A model generated the notes under the pieces. That model was not told the DNA's origin. It made no database searches and was given only the letters and a program-made list of their open reading frames with translations. Source: an uncultured Acidobacteriota bacterium (lineage in GTDB: Bacteria > Acidobacteriota > Blastocatellia > RBC074). From it: a stretch of DNA of 64,000 nucleotides. The position numbers and the translations under genes were made by a program. The DNA lies in assembly GCA_963796275.1 (NCBI GenBank), contig CAWCKY010000002.1:719479-783478 (forward strand), in the 5' to 3' direction. Numbering within the stretch: position 1 is the stretch's first letter; each line of letters begins with the position of its first letter. Shown in pieces: positions 29,624-40,726 of this stretch.

Positions 29624-30188
29624 ATGGCTGTAAAAGAAACTGAATCGAAGTCGATAGTCATCAAAGAAGGCGAGGTTCGTCAGCCAGGCCACGCAGGGAG
29701 ATCACGGCGCGCTTTCCTGTTCAGATTCGGCGCGGCTCTCAATGTGGTGGCCGCAACGCTGCTGGGCATTCCAGTCATCGGGTTTGTCTTCTCCAGTTTT
29801 CGCAGCAAAGGGCCGCACGAATCGTGGATCACGTCTCGGCGCGCTCGATGGCTTCCCTGAAGGGCAGACGCGGCTGGCGACTTACCGCAACCCGTACACG
29901 CGACCCTGGGATGGGGCGACGGCCGACATCCCGTGCTGGGTGCGACGGATCGAGGGTGAGAAGTTTCAAGTATTCGCCATCAACTGCACTCATCTCGGCT
30001 GCCCGGTGCGCTGGTTCCAGGATTCGCACCTGTTTATGTGCCCCTGTCACGGCGGCGCATTTTACGAGGATGGCTCACACGCATCGGGGCCGCCGCCGCG
30101 CGGACTGTATGAGTATCAGTACAAGGTTGAGCGGGGCCAGCTCCTTGTGAGAGGCGGTATACTCCCGACGTTGTCCGAGCCGTTGTAG
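29624..30188 (+). CDS. qcrA: Rieske Fe-S subunit of the bc complex, frameshift ~29833
   Basis: Tat-like SRRAFL; CTHLGC and CPCHG boxes; GPPPRGL. Confidence 0.88.
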
Positions 30189-30209
30189 CACTCTCCCTAG
30201 GAGGATGAC

Positions 30210-31773
30210 ATGCTGAGAAAGATCGCACTGTGGATTGACGAGCGGCTCTGCGTGAGTAAGCTCTACGCCTCGACCGCGGGGCACAGCGTCCCGGCCAATG
30301 CCGAGAGCTGGTTCTATGTCTTTGGCAGCGGAACGCTCCTCTGTTTCATCATCCAGGTTATCACGGGAACCTGTCTGGCATTCGTCTACGTCCCGTCTGC
30401 CAGCGAGGCCTACACCAGCCTGGAATACCTGAACTACCAGCAGTCGCTAGGCTGGCTCCTTCGCGCGATCCACAACTGGGGCTCCAACTTCATGGTCGGG
30501 ATCATGATACTGCACATGACGCAGGTGTTTCTCTTCGGAGCCTTCAAGTATCCCCGCGAGATGACCTGGATCTCCGGCGTCATCCTGTTGCTATGCACGC
30601 TCGGGATGGCCTTCACGGGACAGGTCTTGCGCTTTGACCAGGACGCCTACTGGGGGCTGGGGATCGGGGCGGCAATGATGGGCCGTGTCCCAGTAATCGG
30701 GCCGAACCTGGTGCACCTGATGCTCGCCGGCCCGATCATCGCGGGCGAGACGCTCTCGCGCTTCTTCACGCTGCACGTCTTCATCATCCCCGGCACAATC
30801 ATCGCGCTCGTCAGCCTGCACCTGCGCCTGGTGCTGACCAAAGGCATCAACGAATACCCGGTGCCCGGCAAGCCGGTCGAGAAAGAGACCTACGTGAAAG
30901 AGTACGAGACGTTGATCAAGAAAGATGGCGTGCCTTTCTTTCCCAAAGCGATCAGCAAAGACCTGGTCTTCAGCGGGCTTGTGATGCTGGGCATACTCGG
31001 CTGCGCGCTCTACTTCGGCCCCGAAGGCCCACACGGAGTGCCGGACCCGACGCAGATCAATACCGTTCCGAAACCGGATTTCTTCTTTCTGTGGCTATAT
31101 GCGGTGTTGGCTCTGCTGCCGGAGTATCTGGAGACGATTTTGATCCTGACCGTCCCGGTGATTGCCATCGGATTGCTCTTCGCCTTGCCGTTTATTTCAG
31201 GCACGGGGGAAAAGAGCGCGCGGCGGCGGCCCGTAGCAGTGCTCAGCGTGATCATCATCTTCCTCGCGCTCGGCACATTCAATTACCTGGGCACTTATTC
31301 GCCGTGGTCTCCTAAGATGAGCGCGTGGAGCGGCGAGGCGACGCCGGTCAAATATGTCAAAGGGCGCTCGCCCTTAGAACGGCAAGGTGCGCTCGGTGTT
31401 ACAAAGCAAACAATGCCGGAATTGTCATAGCCTGGGCGGCAGTGGCGGCCTGCGTGGCCCGGCGCTCGACGGCGTTGCGACGCGACTGACCGGCGATCAA
31501 TTGGTGCGGCAAGTGATTCAGGGCGGGGGCAATATGCCGGCATATGGCAAGAACCTGAGCCCGGCGGAGGTCACTGCACTAGTGGCGTTCATGCAGACTC
31601 TGCATGGGCCGAATGACTCTCCGGCCCGCGATATGACAGCTCCGGAGAGTCGGGCGAGAAGGAGAAAACGACCCCCGGTGTTGGGCGTTAATTCAATAAC
31701 ATTGCGCAGGATCTGTGGATCACAACGCGGGAGTCTGGAGGGTAAATATGAATCTGAGCAACGAGGTTATTAA
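30210..31773 (+). CDS. qcrB: Cytochrome b fused to C-terminal cytochrome c, frameshift ~31397
   Basis: GWLLRAIHNW, LHM, FFTLHVF, KPDFFFLW (PEWY-equivalent); CRNCH in the downstream frame. Confidence 0.88.
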
Positions 31774-32755
31774 ACCAGAAACTGCTGCGGCGAGCAGTAT
31801 CCCAATCGGCCTGGTGAGAGTGGACGATGGTAGTACCACCCCACATCCAGTGGCGGCCACGGCGAGACCGGTCAATCGACGTTCACGATTGGAAGTCTTC
31901 ATCAGCCTCACCAAGCCCGAAGTCCTGTTTCTGGTCCTGATCGCCACCAGCCTCGGGTGTGTCATGGCTTCGGAGTCGCTCAACCTGCTCGCCCTGTTTC
32001 ATGCCCTGATCGGGACCGCGCTCGTGGCGGGCGGGACGGCCGCCCTCAACCATTACATTGAGCGGGAGCCCGACGCCCAGATGCGCCGCACCGCCCGTCG
32101 TCCCTTACCATCCGGGCGATTAAAGCCGCAGGAAGCGCTCCTATTTGGAACGGGGCTGTCCCTCGCAGGCACAGCCTATCTGGCGTTGACGCTAAACCTC
32201 CTGACGAGTCTGATTGGGCTGGCGGCGCTCCTCAGTTACCTCCTGCTATATACCCCGCTCAAACGCCGCTCCCGCCTCTGCACGCTCATCGGTGCATTCC
32301 CCGGGGCTGCGCCGGTGTTGATGGGTTGGACGGCAGTGCGCGGGGACCTGGCGCCTGAAGCCTGGGTCCTGTATGCCATCCTTTTCCTCTGGCAGTTCCC
32401 GCACTTTCTGGCTATCGGCTGGATGTATCGGGAAGACTACGCGCGCGCTGGCATGCTGATGATCCCCGAAGTGGACGGGAGCGGCAGGGTGACCTTTGGC
32501 CTGATCCGACTCACGGCTCAGGCACTGGTCGTGGTGAGCTTCCTTCCCACAGTGATGGGGATGGCGGAGAGGGTTTATCTGTGCTCGGCTTTTCTGCTGG
32601 GACTGGGACTCTTATTCGTCGTCAATCGCGCCGCCGCTGAGAGGTCAGGGGCGGCGGCCAAGCACCTGCTTCACGCGACGGTGATTTATCTCCCGCTGCT
32701 TTTTCTCATCCTGGCAGTTTACCGGACCGACCCGGTTGACGGTTGGCCAATATGA
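31748..32755 (+). CDS. ctaB: Heme O synthase (protoheme IX farnesyltransferase)
   Basis: LTKP, ALNHYIEREPDAQMRRTARRPLPSG, YTPLKR, WQFPHF, YREDYARAG. Confidence 0.95.
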   Translation: MNLSNEVIKPETAAASSIPIGLVRVDDGSTTPHPVAATARPVNRRSRLEVFISLTKPEVLFLVLIATSLGCVMASESLNLLALFHALIGTALVAGGTAALNHYIEREPDAQMRRTARRPLPSGRLKPQEALLFGTGLSLAGTAYLALTLNLLTSLIGLAALLSYLLLYTPLKRRSRLCTLIGAFPGAAPVLMGWTAVRGDLAPEAWVLYAILFLWQFPHFLAIGWMYREDYARAGMLMIPEVDGSGRVTFGLIRLTAQALVVVSFLPTVMGMAERVYLCSAFLLGLGLLFVVNRAAAERSGAAAKHLLHATVIYLPLLFLILAVYRTDPVDGWPI

Positions 32756-32775
32756 ATGCCAGGAAGTGTGATCCG

Positions 32776-33640
32776 ATGAATCAAGTGGCGGAAGCAGTAC
32801 TGAAGTCCATGGCAGTTCGACCCCTGGTCGCTCGCGCTGATACTCCTGACAGGCATCATCTATGCGTGCGGCTGGCGGAAATTGCGTCGACAGATGCCGC
32901 GGCGGTTCGACGCCTCGCGCCTGGCCGCTTTCCTGTCAGGGTTGGCGGTTATCGTCATCGCCATCGCCTCACCTCTCGATGCATTCGCGAACCTGTTACT
33001 CGTGGCGCATATGATTCAGCACCTACTGCTGTTGATGGTTGCGCCGCCACTGATCCTTTACGGAGCGCCTTATCTGCCGATCTTGCGGGGCCTGCCGTCG
33101 CGCGTGTTGAAGCATGGCGCAGGGCCGTTTCTCGCTTCTCCCGGATTGCAGAAGTTTGGCCGCTGGCTGACGCATCCGCTGGTCTGCTGGCTCGGGTTTA
33201 GCCATCACGAGTTTGACGTGGCATGCTGCCGAAGTTCTATGAACTGGCGCTGCGTTCGCCTTTCTGGCACGAAGTGGAGCACCTGTGCTTTCTCGGCGCG
33301 GCGCTGCTCTTCTGGTGGCCGGTGATTCAACCGTGGCCGAGCCAGCCGCAGTGGCCGCGCTGGGCGATGATCCCGTACTTGTTTCTCGCCGACTTTCAGA
33401 ACACGGCCCTGGCGGCCTTTCTGATCTTCTGCGAACGCGTGGTTTATCCCAGCTATGCGGTCGCGCCGAGATTGCTCGAACCTCTCGCCGCTGGAGGACC
33501 AGGCTGCCGCTGGCGCAGTGATGTGGGTTCCCGGCTCGGTGGTGTATCTCATCCCCATCGGGCTGATAGCCATCCAAGCGCTGAGTTCACGGCGGGCGTG
33601 TCCGCCCATCAAGCTGGCGCAATGAATTACCTGTCATTCA
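32776..33640 (+). pseudogene. ctaG: caa3-type CtaG assembly factor, multiple frameshifts
   Basis: IASPLD, AHMIQHLLLLMVAPPL, HEVEHLCF...LLFWWPVI, EDQAAAGAVMWVPG spread over 4-5 frames. Confidence 0.8.
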
Positions 33641-33659
33641 ACCCAGACGCTCTCCAACT

Positions 33660-35145
33660 TCTTTTTCCGCCGGTCGCCGGAAAAGTTGGGACCTCTTATC
33701 TGTTCCAATCATCGGAACGGCACTCGGTTGGCCGCGATTTCGGCGGGTGGTCCAATCGGCCATGTTCGTCCTGGCGCTCCTCGTCATTGCCGATGGCCTG
33801 TTTGGCCATCAGATGAGTTCGATGAACCTGGCGGGAGTGCTTCCGTGGACGCACTGGCGAGGGCTGGTGGTGATCTCCCTCCTGGTTGCCGGCAATTTCT
33901 TCTGTATGGCCTGCCCCTTCACCCTGGCGCGCGATTACGGGCGGCGCTGGTTGCCCGCGCGTTGGCGCTGGCCGAAACGGCTGCGTTCCAAATGGCTCGC
34001 GGTCGGATTGCTGGCGATTTACTTATGGGCCTATGAAGCGTTCAGTCTTTGGGACTAGCCCGTGGTGGACGGCGTGGATTGTGATCGGATATTTCAGCGC
34101 GTCGTTCTTGATTGACGGCCTGTTCCAGGGCGCGAGCTTCTGCAAATACGTCTGCCCCATCGGTCAGTTCAACTTTGTTCAGTCGCTCGTCTCGCCGCTC
34201 GAAGTGAAGGTTCGCAATCCGGACATCTGCCGCACCTGCACGACCTACGACTGCATCCGCGGCAACGAGGCGCAGCGTGGCTGTGAGTTGGCGCTCTTCC
34301 AGCCGAAGAAGTCGGGGAACCTGGATTGCACTTTCTGCCTGGACTGCGTTCACGCCTGCCCGCATCAGAACGTGGGAATCATTGCCACCACGCCCGGCAG
34401 CCAACTCATTCATGACGGCTACCGTTCCGCGCTCGGCCGTTTATCGCAGCGGACGGACGTGGCGGTGCTCGTGTTGTTGCTCGTCTTCGGAGCGTTTGTG
34501 AATGCCGCCGGGATGACTGGGGCAGTGGCGGAGCTGGAGCGTACGCTGCAGCTCCGCTTAGATCTTGAGTCAGTACTGCCCGTGACCTCAGCTCTTTTTG
34601 TGCTGGCTTTGCTCGTCGTGCCGTTATTACTGATGACATTGTGCAGCATCGTTTGGCGCGCGCTGTCCAGTGGTGGTGTGCGCTGGAAAGAGTTGTTCTG
34701 CAGCTTCGCGCTGGCGCTGGCGCCGTTGGGCTTCAGCATGTGGGTGGCACATCTGACATACCAATTTCTGACCGGCGCCGCCGTGATGATTCCGGTGTCG
34801 CAACGCGTGGCGATTGATCTTGGCAGTTCGCTGCTTGGCCACCCAAATTGGGCAGGCGCAGCGATGCTCTTACCGCTCGATTGGTTGCCGTCGCTGCAAA
34901 TCTTGCTGCTCGACGGCGGGCTGTTGCTGACGCTATATGCCGGCTGGCGTGTGGCGCAACGGTTCTCGGCGCGCGGCAGAGGGACGCTGCGCTTGCTCGC
35001 ACCGTGGGCCGGCCTGGCCGTGCTGCTTTACGCGGCAGGAGTGTGGATTGTGTTTCAACCGATGGAAATGCGTGGCCTGACGCCCGGAATGCAGGATTGC
35101 CCGATGTCGAGCCGAATGCCGGGGATGCAACATAGAGAACGATGA
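33660..35145 (+). CDS. Membrane polyferredoxin (NapH/NosR/FesM-like), frameshifted; possibly originally fused to CtaG
   Basis: FFCMACPF, FCKYVCPIG, CRTC..YDC, CTFCLDCVHACP; many TM segments. Confidence 0.78.
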
Positions 35146-35755
35146 AGAAGCAGCAATTCAAGTTAATCGCCCAATTATGGCGCCGCAGTTTGTTGTTGGC
35201 GGTCGCACTGTTGGCGCTCGATTTGCGAGCGCAGCATTTGGCGGAATCGTCGTACTACATCACGTAACCGACCTATTCGTCGTTACTATATTTACTGCGT
35301 CCGTCCCGCTGCGCGCTGGCCCGGTTGACATCAGCGTTTTGGTACAAGATCGCGCAAGCGGGCAGCCGGTGCTTGACGGAGAAGTGTTTATTAGGCTGCG
35401 CAGGGAAGGCGGGATGACTGTGGACGAGCGGGCGACGCGAGAAGTGGCGCAGAATATGCTCCTCTACTGTGCCCAGATGACTTTGCCTGAGGCAGGGCGC
35501 TGGGAGCTGGAGGCGACAATTAAACGAGGGAAGGAGGCAGCCAGCGTTCTTGGGCAAGTGTCGGCGGCAGCGCCTAGGCCGTTATTGCTCTCCTACTGGC
35601 GAAGTTTGTCGCTGCCGCCGGTTGTTATTGCGCTGTTCGCTTTGAACCAATGGTTAAAGCGGCGCGCGGCTCGTCAGGGTAAGACAGAAATATATCGTCA
35701 CAAGGAACATCAAGATTTACTGGAACGAGAGAAAGTAGCTGGAGACCTGCATTGA
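35142..35755 (+). CDS. YtkA/FixH-like membrane-anchored protein, frameshift ~35235
   Basis: PLRAGPVDISVLVQD, ATRE.AQN.LLY.A...LPEAGRWEL; C-terminal TM. Confidence 0.6.
35643..35675 (+). repeat. 33-bp direct repeat, copy 1 (copy 2 at 42175-42207)
   Basis: TGAACCAATGGTTAAAGCGGCGCGCGGCTCGTC. Confidence 0.85.
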
Positions 35756-35782
35756 TAAACTCGCAGACCGCTGCTTGCGCCT

Positions 35783-36457
35783 ATGGCCATACATCACGAC
35801 ATCTTATTGGTCCTCGCGCTGCAGTTCGCGATGATTCTGCTGTATATGCTGAGCCAGGAATTGAATGTCTCCTATCCGATTTTTCTGATGATCGGCGGGT
35901 TGTTGATCGGCATTCTTCCGGGCGTCCCGCGAACCGCACTCCATCCGGATATTGCCTTTCTTGACGCTGACCAACGGCGAGGCCTTCCCACACCGCAACC
36001 TGATCCTGTTCATTACCTTCATCGTCATTCTCATCACGCTTGTCTTCCAGGGACTGTCGATGCCGCTTCTCATCCGATGGCTGAAGGTAAAAAAGATCAT
36101 GATGAACACATTCCCGAAGAACAACAGCTTGCAGAAATCCGCCTGCGAATGGCGAAATTGTCGCTGAACCATTTAAACTCGCGATACGCCAATGACGTCG
36201 TCGCCAACGCCAGGCTCAACGGCTTCTATAGATACCTTCAATCCATCGTCGGAAACGCGCAACTATCGTTGTCCGATGAGGCCCAGGCAAAAGAGTACGC
36301 GGAGATGAAAGAGCATTTCAACCGCATCTATCGCGACCTGACTACCGAGCGTCGTAATGAATTGGAGCGGATCCGGAGAGAAAATGTCTATGACTCCGAG
36401 ATCCTGCGCGAATACGAATACCTGCTCGATCTGGAAGAGGCGCGGATGAGAATCTGA
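35783..36457 (+). pseudogene. CPA1 Na+/H+ antiporter with large internal deletion
   Basis: N-terminus VSYPIFLMIGGLLIG..PG.P...LHPD joined at ~35962 to the last TM FPHRNLILFITF.VIL.TLV.QGLS and the tail LDLEEAR. Confidence 0.8.
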
Positions 36458-36524
36458 AGCTTGGAGCGAAAGAATCGGCTAACCAATATCTGCCCAAAAT
36501 TAGCAATTGCTCAAATCGAGTACA

Positions 36525-36745
36525 AACTACGGATGGAGCACGAATTCTCCTTGCAGGCGGAGCTCGATCCCGCGTGGGCCGGGCGGCATCTCGCCCTCAT
36601 ACAATATCAGGGTCGGACCCTGCTCCTGTTTGACGATCCTGGAGGAGAATCTCTCGATCTACTTCTCGCAGAGCCAATGGAGTTGAGACAGGTTTTGCGC
36701 TTGGCCATTGGCCTCGCTGAAGCACTCACCCAGTTACACGGACGC
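36525..36745 (+). pseudogene. N-terminal fragment of a Ser/Thr kinase-ATPase-sensor histidine kinase hybrid
   Basis: EHEFSL.AELDPAWA...GRTLLLFDDPGGE.LD.LL..PMEL...LRLAIGLA.AL.QLH. Confidence 0.7.
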
Positions 36746-37127
36746 TGCGAAGTCCTGCCTGAATATGCTGAAAATCAGCAATTGCTGAAGTCGGGCACGA
36801 ATTGAGGCCGCAGGCCCTAGAGGATTCAACCATTTGCAGGCGGCACGGGACGTGCGTTTACAAGCGATGACACCTGTGAGATTGGGTTGAGTTTCACAGA
36901 CCGGAGTACTGCTCTCCGACTGATTGGCCGCATCCGATTCAATCAGTGCCTCGCGCCAACAAAGCCTCCGGACAGGAGAGTTGAACAGGAAGCGCAATCT
37001 GGTCTATTTCTCCTTCTCTCGCAGTTTCTAAGTTCCTGGGAAGACTGAGCGTGGCTTCTTGACTGACAAGAGGTGCACCAACAGAGGGGAAGCGATGACG
37101 AATGCGAAACAGCATTAAGCAGTATCC

Positions 37128-37423
37128 ATGAATAGGAATGTCGTATCCATTCGAGGTCGGATCAACATCGACAATTCAGGCGAGATGCGCCGCACACTCA
37201 GCAATGCCTTGCGCTCGAAGCCAGCGGAGGTGACGGTAGATATGTCTCAAGTAACCTATATTGACGTCTCGGGGTTGGCGACGCTGGTGGAGGCGGCTCG
37301 GACGCGCGTGAGCAAGGCACACGAATGATCCTGGGAGGTATTCAAGGTCAGGCGCTTTACCTTCTCGAGATCACGCATCTCGATCAGCTCTTTGAGATTG
37401 AGAGACGGGAGGCAAGCTCGTGA
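37128..37423 (+). CDS. STAS-domain protein (MlaB-like), frameshift ~37309
   Basis: GRINIDNS...VTVDMSQVTYIDVSGLATLV; continues in another frame to YLLEITHLDQLFEI. Confidence 0.8.
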
Positions 37424-38220
37424 AAGTTCTCGAAGCCGTCGGCAGCGGCGTGATCCGGCAACTTGCATACGTCGGCGGGTTGACCATGCAGTTCTGGGCG
37501 GGTCTGCGCGCTTCACGCCGCGTCTTGCCGGTCGTGGGCAAACGCGGGCGCTGGCAAACGTCCATGCGGCAGATGGTCGCAATCGGGATAGAAGCATTGC
37601 CGATGATCGGGATCGTGTCCGCCTCCGTGGGATTCATCCTCGCCATACAGGTCGCCTCCGAGCTACGTCGGTTCGGAGCGCTGAATTTAGTCGTCAACAT
37701 CGTGGCGGTCGGGTTCACGCGCGAACTCGGTCCGCTGGTGACGGCCATCGTCGTGAGCGGCCGTTCAGGCTCGGCGATTTCGGCCGAGATCGGAACGATG
37801 GTGGTGACCAACGAGATCGACGCGCTACGGACGATGGCAGTCGACCCTGTCGAGTTCGTGCTGGCGCCTAAGTACATCGCGGCGATGATCGCGGTCCCAT
37901 GCCTGACGATTATGAGCAACGCGTTCGGCATCCTGGCTGGCGCAGGATTCATGTATCTCAGCCTGGACATGCCGCTCACGGTTTATTTGAAGTCCGTCGC
38001 AGACTCGATTCTACTGCGTGACATCTTCTGGGGGCTGCTCAAGAGCGGCCTGTTCGCCACAATCATCGTGCACGTCGGGTGCAGAGAGGGTTTCAAAGTG
38101 CGCGGGGGACCGGAAGCGGTGGGGCGATCGACGACATCGGCTGTCGTGAGGTCTACCTTCCTGGTGATCCTCACGGACCTGCTCATCACGGCGATCCTCT
38201 ATATGGTGGATGCGAAGTAG
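37420..38220 (+). CDS. mlaE: MlaE-family ABC permease
   Basis: RELGPLVTAIVVSGRSGSAISAEIGTM, EIDAL, GG.EAVGRSTT.AVV. Confidence 0.93.
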   Translation: MKVLEAVGSGVIRQLAYVGGLTMQFWAGLRASRRVLPVVGKRGRWQTSMRQMVAIGIEALPMIGIVSASVGFILAIQVASELRRFGALNLVVNIVAVGFTRELGPLVTAIVVSGRSGSAISAEIGTMVVTNEIDALRTMAVDPVEFVLAPKYIAAMIAVPCLTIMSNAFGILAGAGFMYLSLDMPLTVYLKSVADSILLRDIFWGLLKSGLFATIIVHVGCREGFKVRGGPEAVGRSTTSAVVRSTFLVILTDLLITAILYMVDAK

Positions 38221-38223
38221 CGT

Positions 38224-39033
38224 ATGGAGACACCAATCATATCTGTCCGCGACTTGACGGTTTGCTACGGCAGCCGCCGTGTGCTGGATGGTGTGAACCT
38301 TGATGTCGAGCGCGGGGAAGTGATGGTGCTGCTCGGAGGCAGCGGTTCGGGCAAGAGTACATTGCTGCGCCAGATTATCGGTCTCGAGCTGCCTTACTCG
38401 GGCACGGTTCGCGTGCAGGGCGTCGATATCAACCGGTGCTCGGCGCGGGAACTAAAGGCTATCCGGCGTACTATGGGTGTGGCTTTCCAGGAGTCAGCGC
38501 TCTTCAATTCACTCACCATCGAAGAGAACGTGGCTCTCCCGCTGCGCGAACTGACAACGCTCGCAGATCCCGTGATCGAGATCATGGTTTACATAAAACT
38601 CGCGGCCGTGGGCCTGGGCGATGCCGGCAAATTACGGCCGCAGGAGTTATCGGGAGGCATGAAGAAGCGTGCTGCCGTTGCACGGGCGATCGCGCTCGAC
38701 CCGAAGATCCTGGTCTTCGACGAACCGTCCGCGGGCCTCGATCCGATCGTCGCGGCGGAACTGGACGAACTGATTCTGTTACTAAAGCGCACGTTCCAGA
38801 TGACCATTCTGGTAGTGACCCATGAGATGGCCAGCGCATTCCGCATCGCCGACCGTGTAGCCATGCTCTACCAGGGCTCGCTCATCGCAATAGACGAAAA
38901 GGATTCGTTCCAGGCGAGTACGGATCCGCGAATCCGGCAGTTTCTCGATCGGGTGCCCGATCGGATAGCCGAAAACATAGAAGTTCAGCAGCGCATGCGC
39001 GAACTGGCCGGTATGACAGGAAGAGGATTATGA
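38224..39033 (+). CDS. mlaF: MlaF-family ABC ATPase
   Basis: GGSGSGKS, LSGGMKKR, FDEPSAGLDP, VTH. Confidence 0.93.
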   Translation: METPIISVRDLTVCYGSRRVLDGVNLDVERGEVMVLLGGSGSGKSTLLRQIIGLELPYSGTVRVQGVDINRCSARELKAIRRTMGVAFQESALFNSLTIEENVALPLRELTTLADPVIEIMVYIKLAAVGLGDAGKLRPQELSGGMKKRAAVARAIALDPKILVFDEPSAGLDPIVAAELDELILLLKRTFQMTILVVTHEMASAFRIADRVAMLYQGSLIAIDEKDSFQASTDPRIRQFLDRVPDRIAENIEVQQRMRELAGMTGRGL

Positions 39034-39995
39034 ACACCGAAGCAAAGGTAGGCGCCTTCGTGCTGATTTGTGTGGCGATCCTGTGTGCGACCGTTTATTA
39101 CGTGAGCAACATGGAGTTCGGGGCCACTCACATTCCGTATAAGACATACCTGCGGTACGCAGGCGGGTTGGAGTCCGGGACCGAGGTCCTGTTCGGCGGG
39201 ATCAAGGTGGGTAAGGTGACCGCCGTCCGACCGGACGCGTCCGACCCGACACGGATCGAGATTGCGTTCGACGTGAAGCAAGGCACGCAGTTGAATGAGA
39301 AGTCAGTGGCGAAGCTCGGATCGGTAAATCTGATGGGCAGTTCGGTGCTCTCCATCAGCACTGGCGCGAACGACGCGCCTCGATTGCCGGGGGGCGCGGT
39401 GATCGCATCGGAAGAGACGGTCAGCCTGGACGATCTGCAGCGCAAGATAGTGACGCTCACCGATTCCGCACAGACATTGCTTGCCTCGGTGCAGACAGAC
39501 CTGAACGAGATCACAGGCGATGCCCGGCGTCTGTTGGGAAATCTGAACGATGTCACCAGCGAGGCGAATCAGAAGCGCCTGGCGAACATTCTGGCGAACG
39601 CAGATGGGATGGTCGCGCGAATGGCGCCGAAGATGGATCAGATCAGCGAAGAGGCGCTGAAGCTGACCAGAGATACGAACGGCGTTATGGCCAAGATCGG
39701 GCCGACCGTAGACAATGTAAACGCAACCGTGTCGAACGCCAACGAAACTATTACGGGGCTCCGCAAGCCGATTCAGTCTAATCTCGACGAACTAACCAAG
39801 ACGCTCACGGATGCGCGCGCCTTGATCAACAATCTGCAAGCAATTGTTCAGTCGAACAACCAAAACATTACCTATACGCTCGAGAACGTCCGGATGGCGA
39901 CCGAGAACCTGAACGACCTGACGCAATCAGTAAAGGAGCGGCCGTGGAGCTTGATTCGAGTCAAGCAGCCGAAAGATCGGAAAGTCCCCCAGTAA
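39030..39995 (+). CDS. mlaD: MlaD/MCE-domain protein with long helical region
   Basis: EAKVGAFV, AGGLESG..V.FGGIKVGKV, C-terminal PWSLI. Confidence 0.9.
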   Translation: MNTEAKVGAFVLICVAILCATVYYVSNMEFGATHIPYKTYLRYAGGLESGTEVLFGGIKVGKVTAVRPDASDPTRIEIAFDVKQGTQLNEKSVAKLGSVNLMGSSVLSISTGANDAPRLPGGAVIASEETVSLDDLQRKIVTLTDSAQTLLASVQTDLNEITGDARRLLGNLNDVTSEANQKRLANILANADGMVARMAPKMDQISEEALKLTRDTNGVMAKIGPTVDNVNATVSNANETITGLRKPIQSNLDELTKTLTDARALINNLQAIVQSNNQNITYTLENVRMATENLNDLTQSVKERPWSLIRVKQPKDRKVPQ

Positions 39996-40004
39996 CAGGA
40001 CCCG

Positions 40005-40646
40005 ATGATGAAAAAGATGATAAAAATCCTGGTGATGATAATCGCTTTCATAGTGGCGCTAGTAATGGCCGGCTGCATGGGCAAGGTCCGCTATCCGAAA
40101 TACTACACGCTGGAAATTGCACCGGCGACAAAACCAGCGGTCAACGATGCGCGTCTGCCTGCCGCAGTGGCGGTCCGCCGGTTCGAAACTCCGGCGTACC
40201 TGCGCCAGGGGCGGATCGTCTACCGGGAAGCTCCGGAAGAGGTCGGTTTCTACGACTATCACCGTTGGGCTGCCGACCCGGGGGCAACAGTCACGGCGGC
40301 AGTGATCGCATCGCTTCGCTCCGCAGGGCTATTTTCGCTCGTTAAGCCGTATGACAGTCATGACAAGCCCGAGTATCTCTTGAGCGGGCGGCTGGAACGG
40401 CTGGACGAAATAGACTACGGCGGCGCGGTTCGGGTGGAGGCGAAGCTATCCGCCGAATTGGTGAATCTGCGAACCGGTGCGACGGTGTGGGCTGGAGAGG
40501 CGACTGAGACCTCGAAAGTCGACCCCCGTAACATCAACTCTGTGGTCGCCGCGATGAGTCAGGCAGTACAGAGGAATATCAATCGGCTCGTGGCGGGAAT
40601 GGGTGAGCAAATCTCCAAATCTGAGGCAACGTCCCGGAGGCAGTAA
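40005..40646 (+). CDS. ABC auxiliary lipoprotein (PqiC-like)
   Basis: Lipobox MAGC, YYTL, IVYR, YHRWA..P. Confidence 0.85.
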   Translation: MMKKMIKILVMIIAFIVALVMAGCMGKVRYPKYYTLEIAPATKPAVNDARLPAAVAVRRFETPAYLRQGRIVYREAPEEVGFYDYHRWAADPGATVTAAVIASLRSAGLFSLVKPYDSHDKPEYLLSGRLERLDEIDYGGAVRVEAKLSAELVNLRTGATVWAGEATETSKVDPRNINSVVAAMSQAVQRNINRLVAGMGEQISKSEATSRRQ

Positions 40647-40726
40647 CTAACGTCGTGGAAAAGCAGGGCACCGAATGAGTTTGAGAGTCGAGGAGAGCTG
40701 AAGAATTGAAAGCATAGGAGACATTT

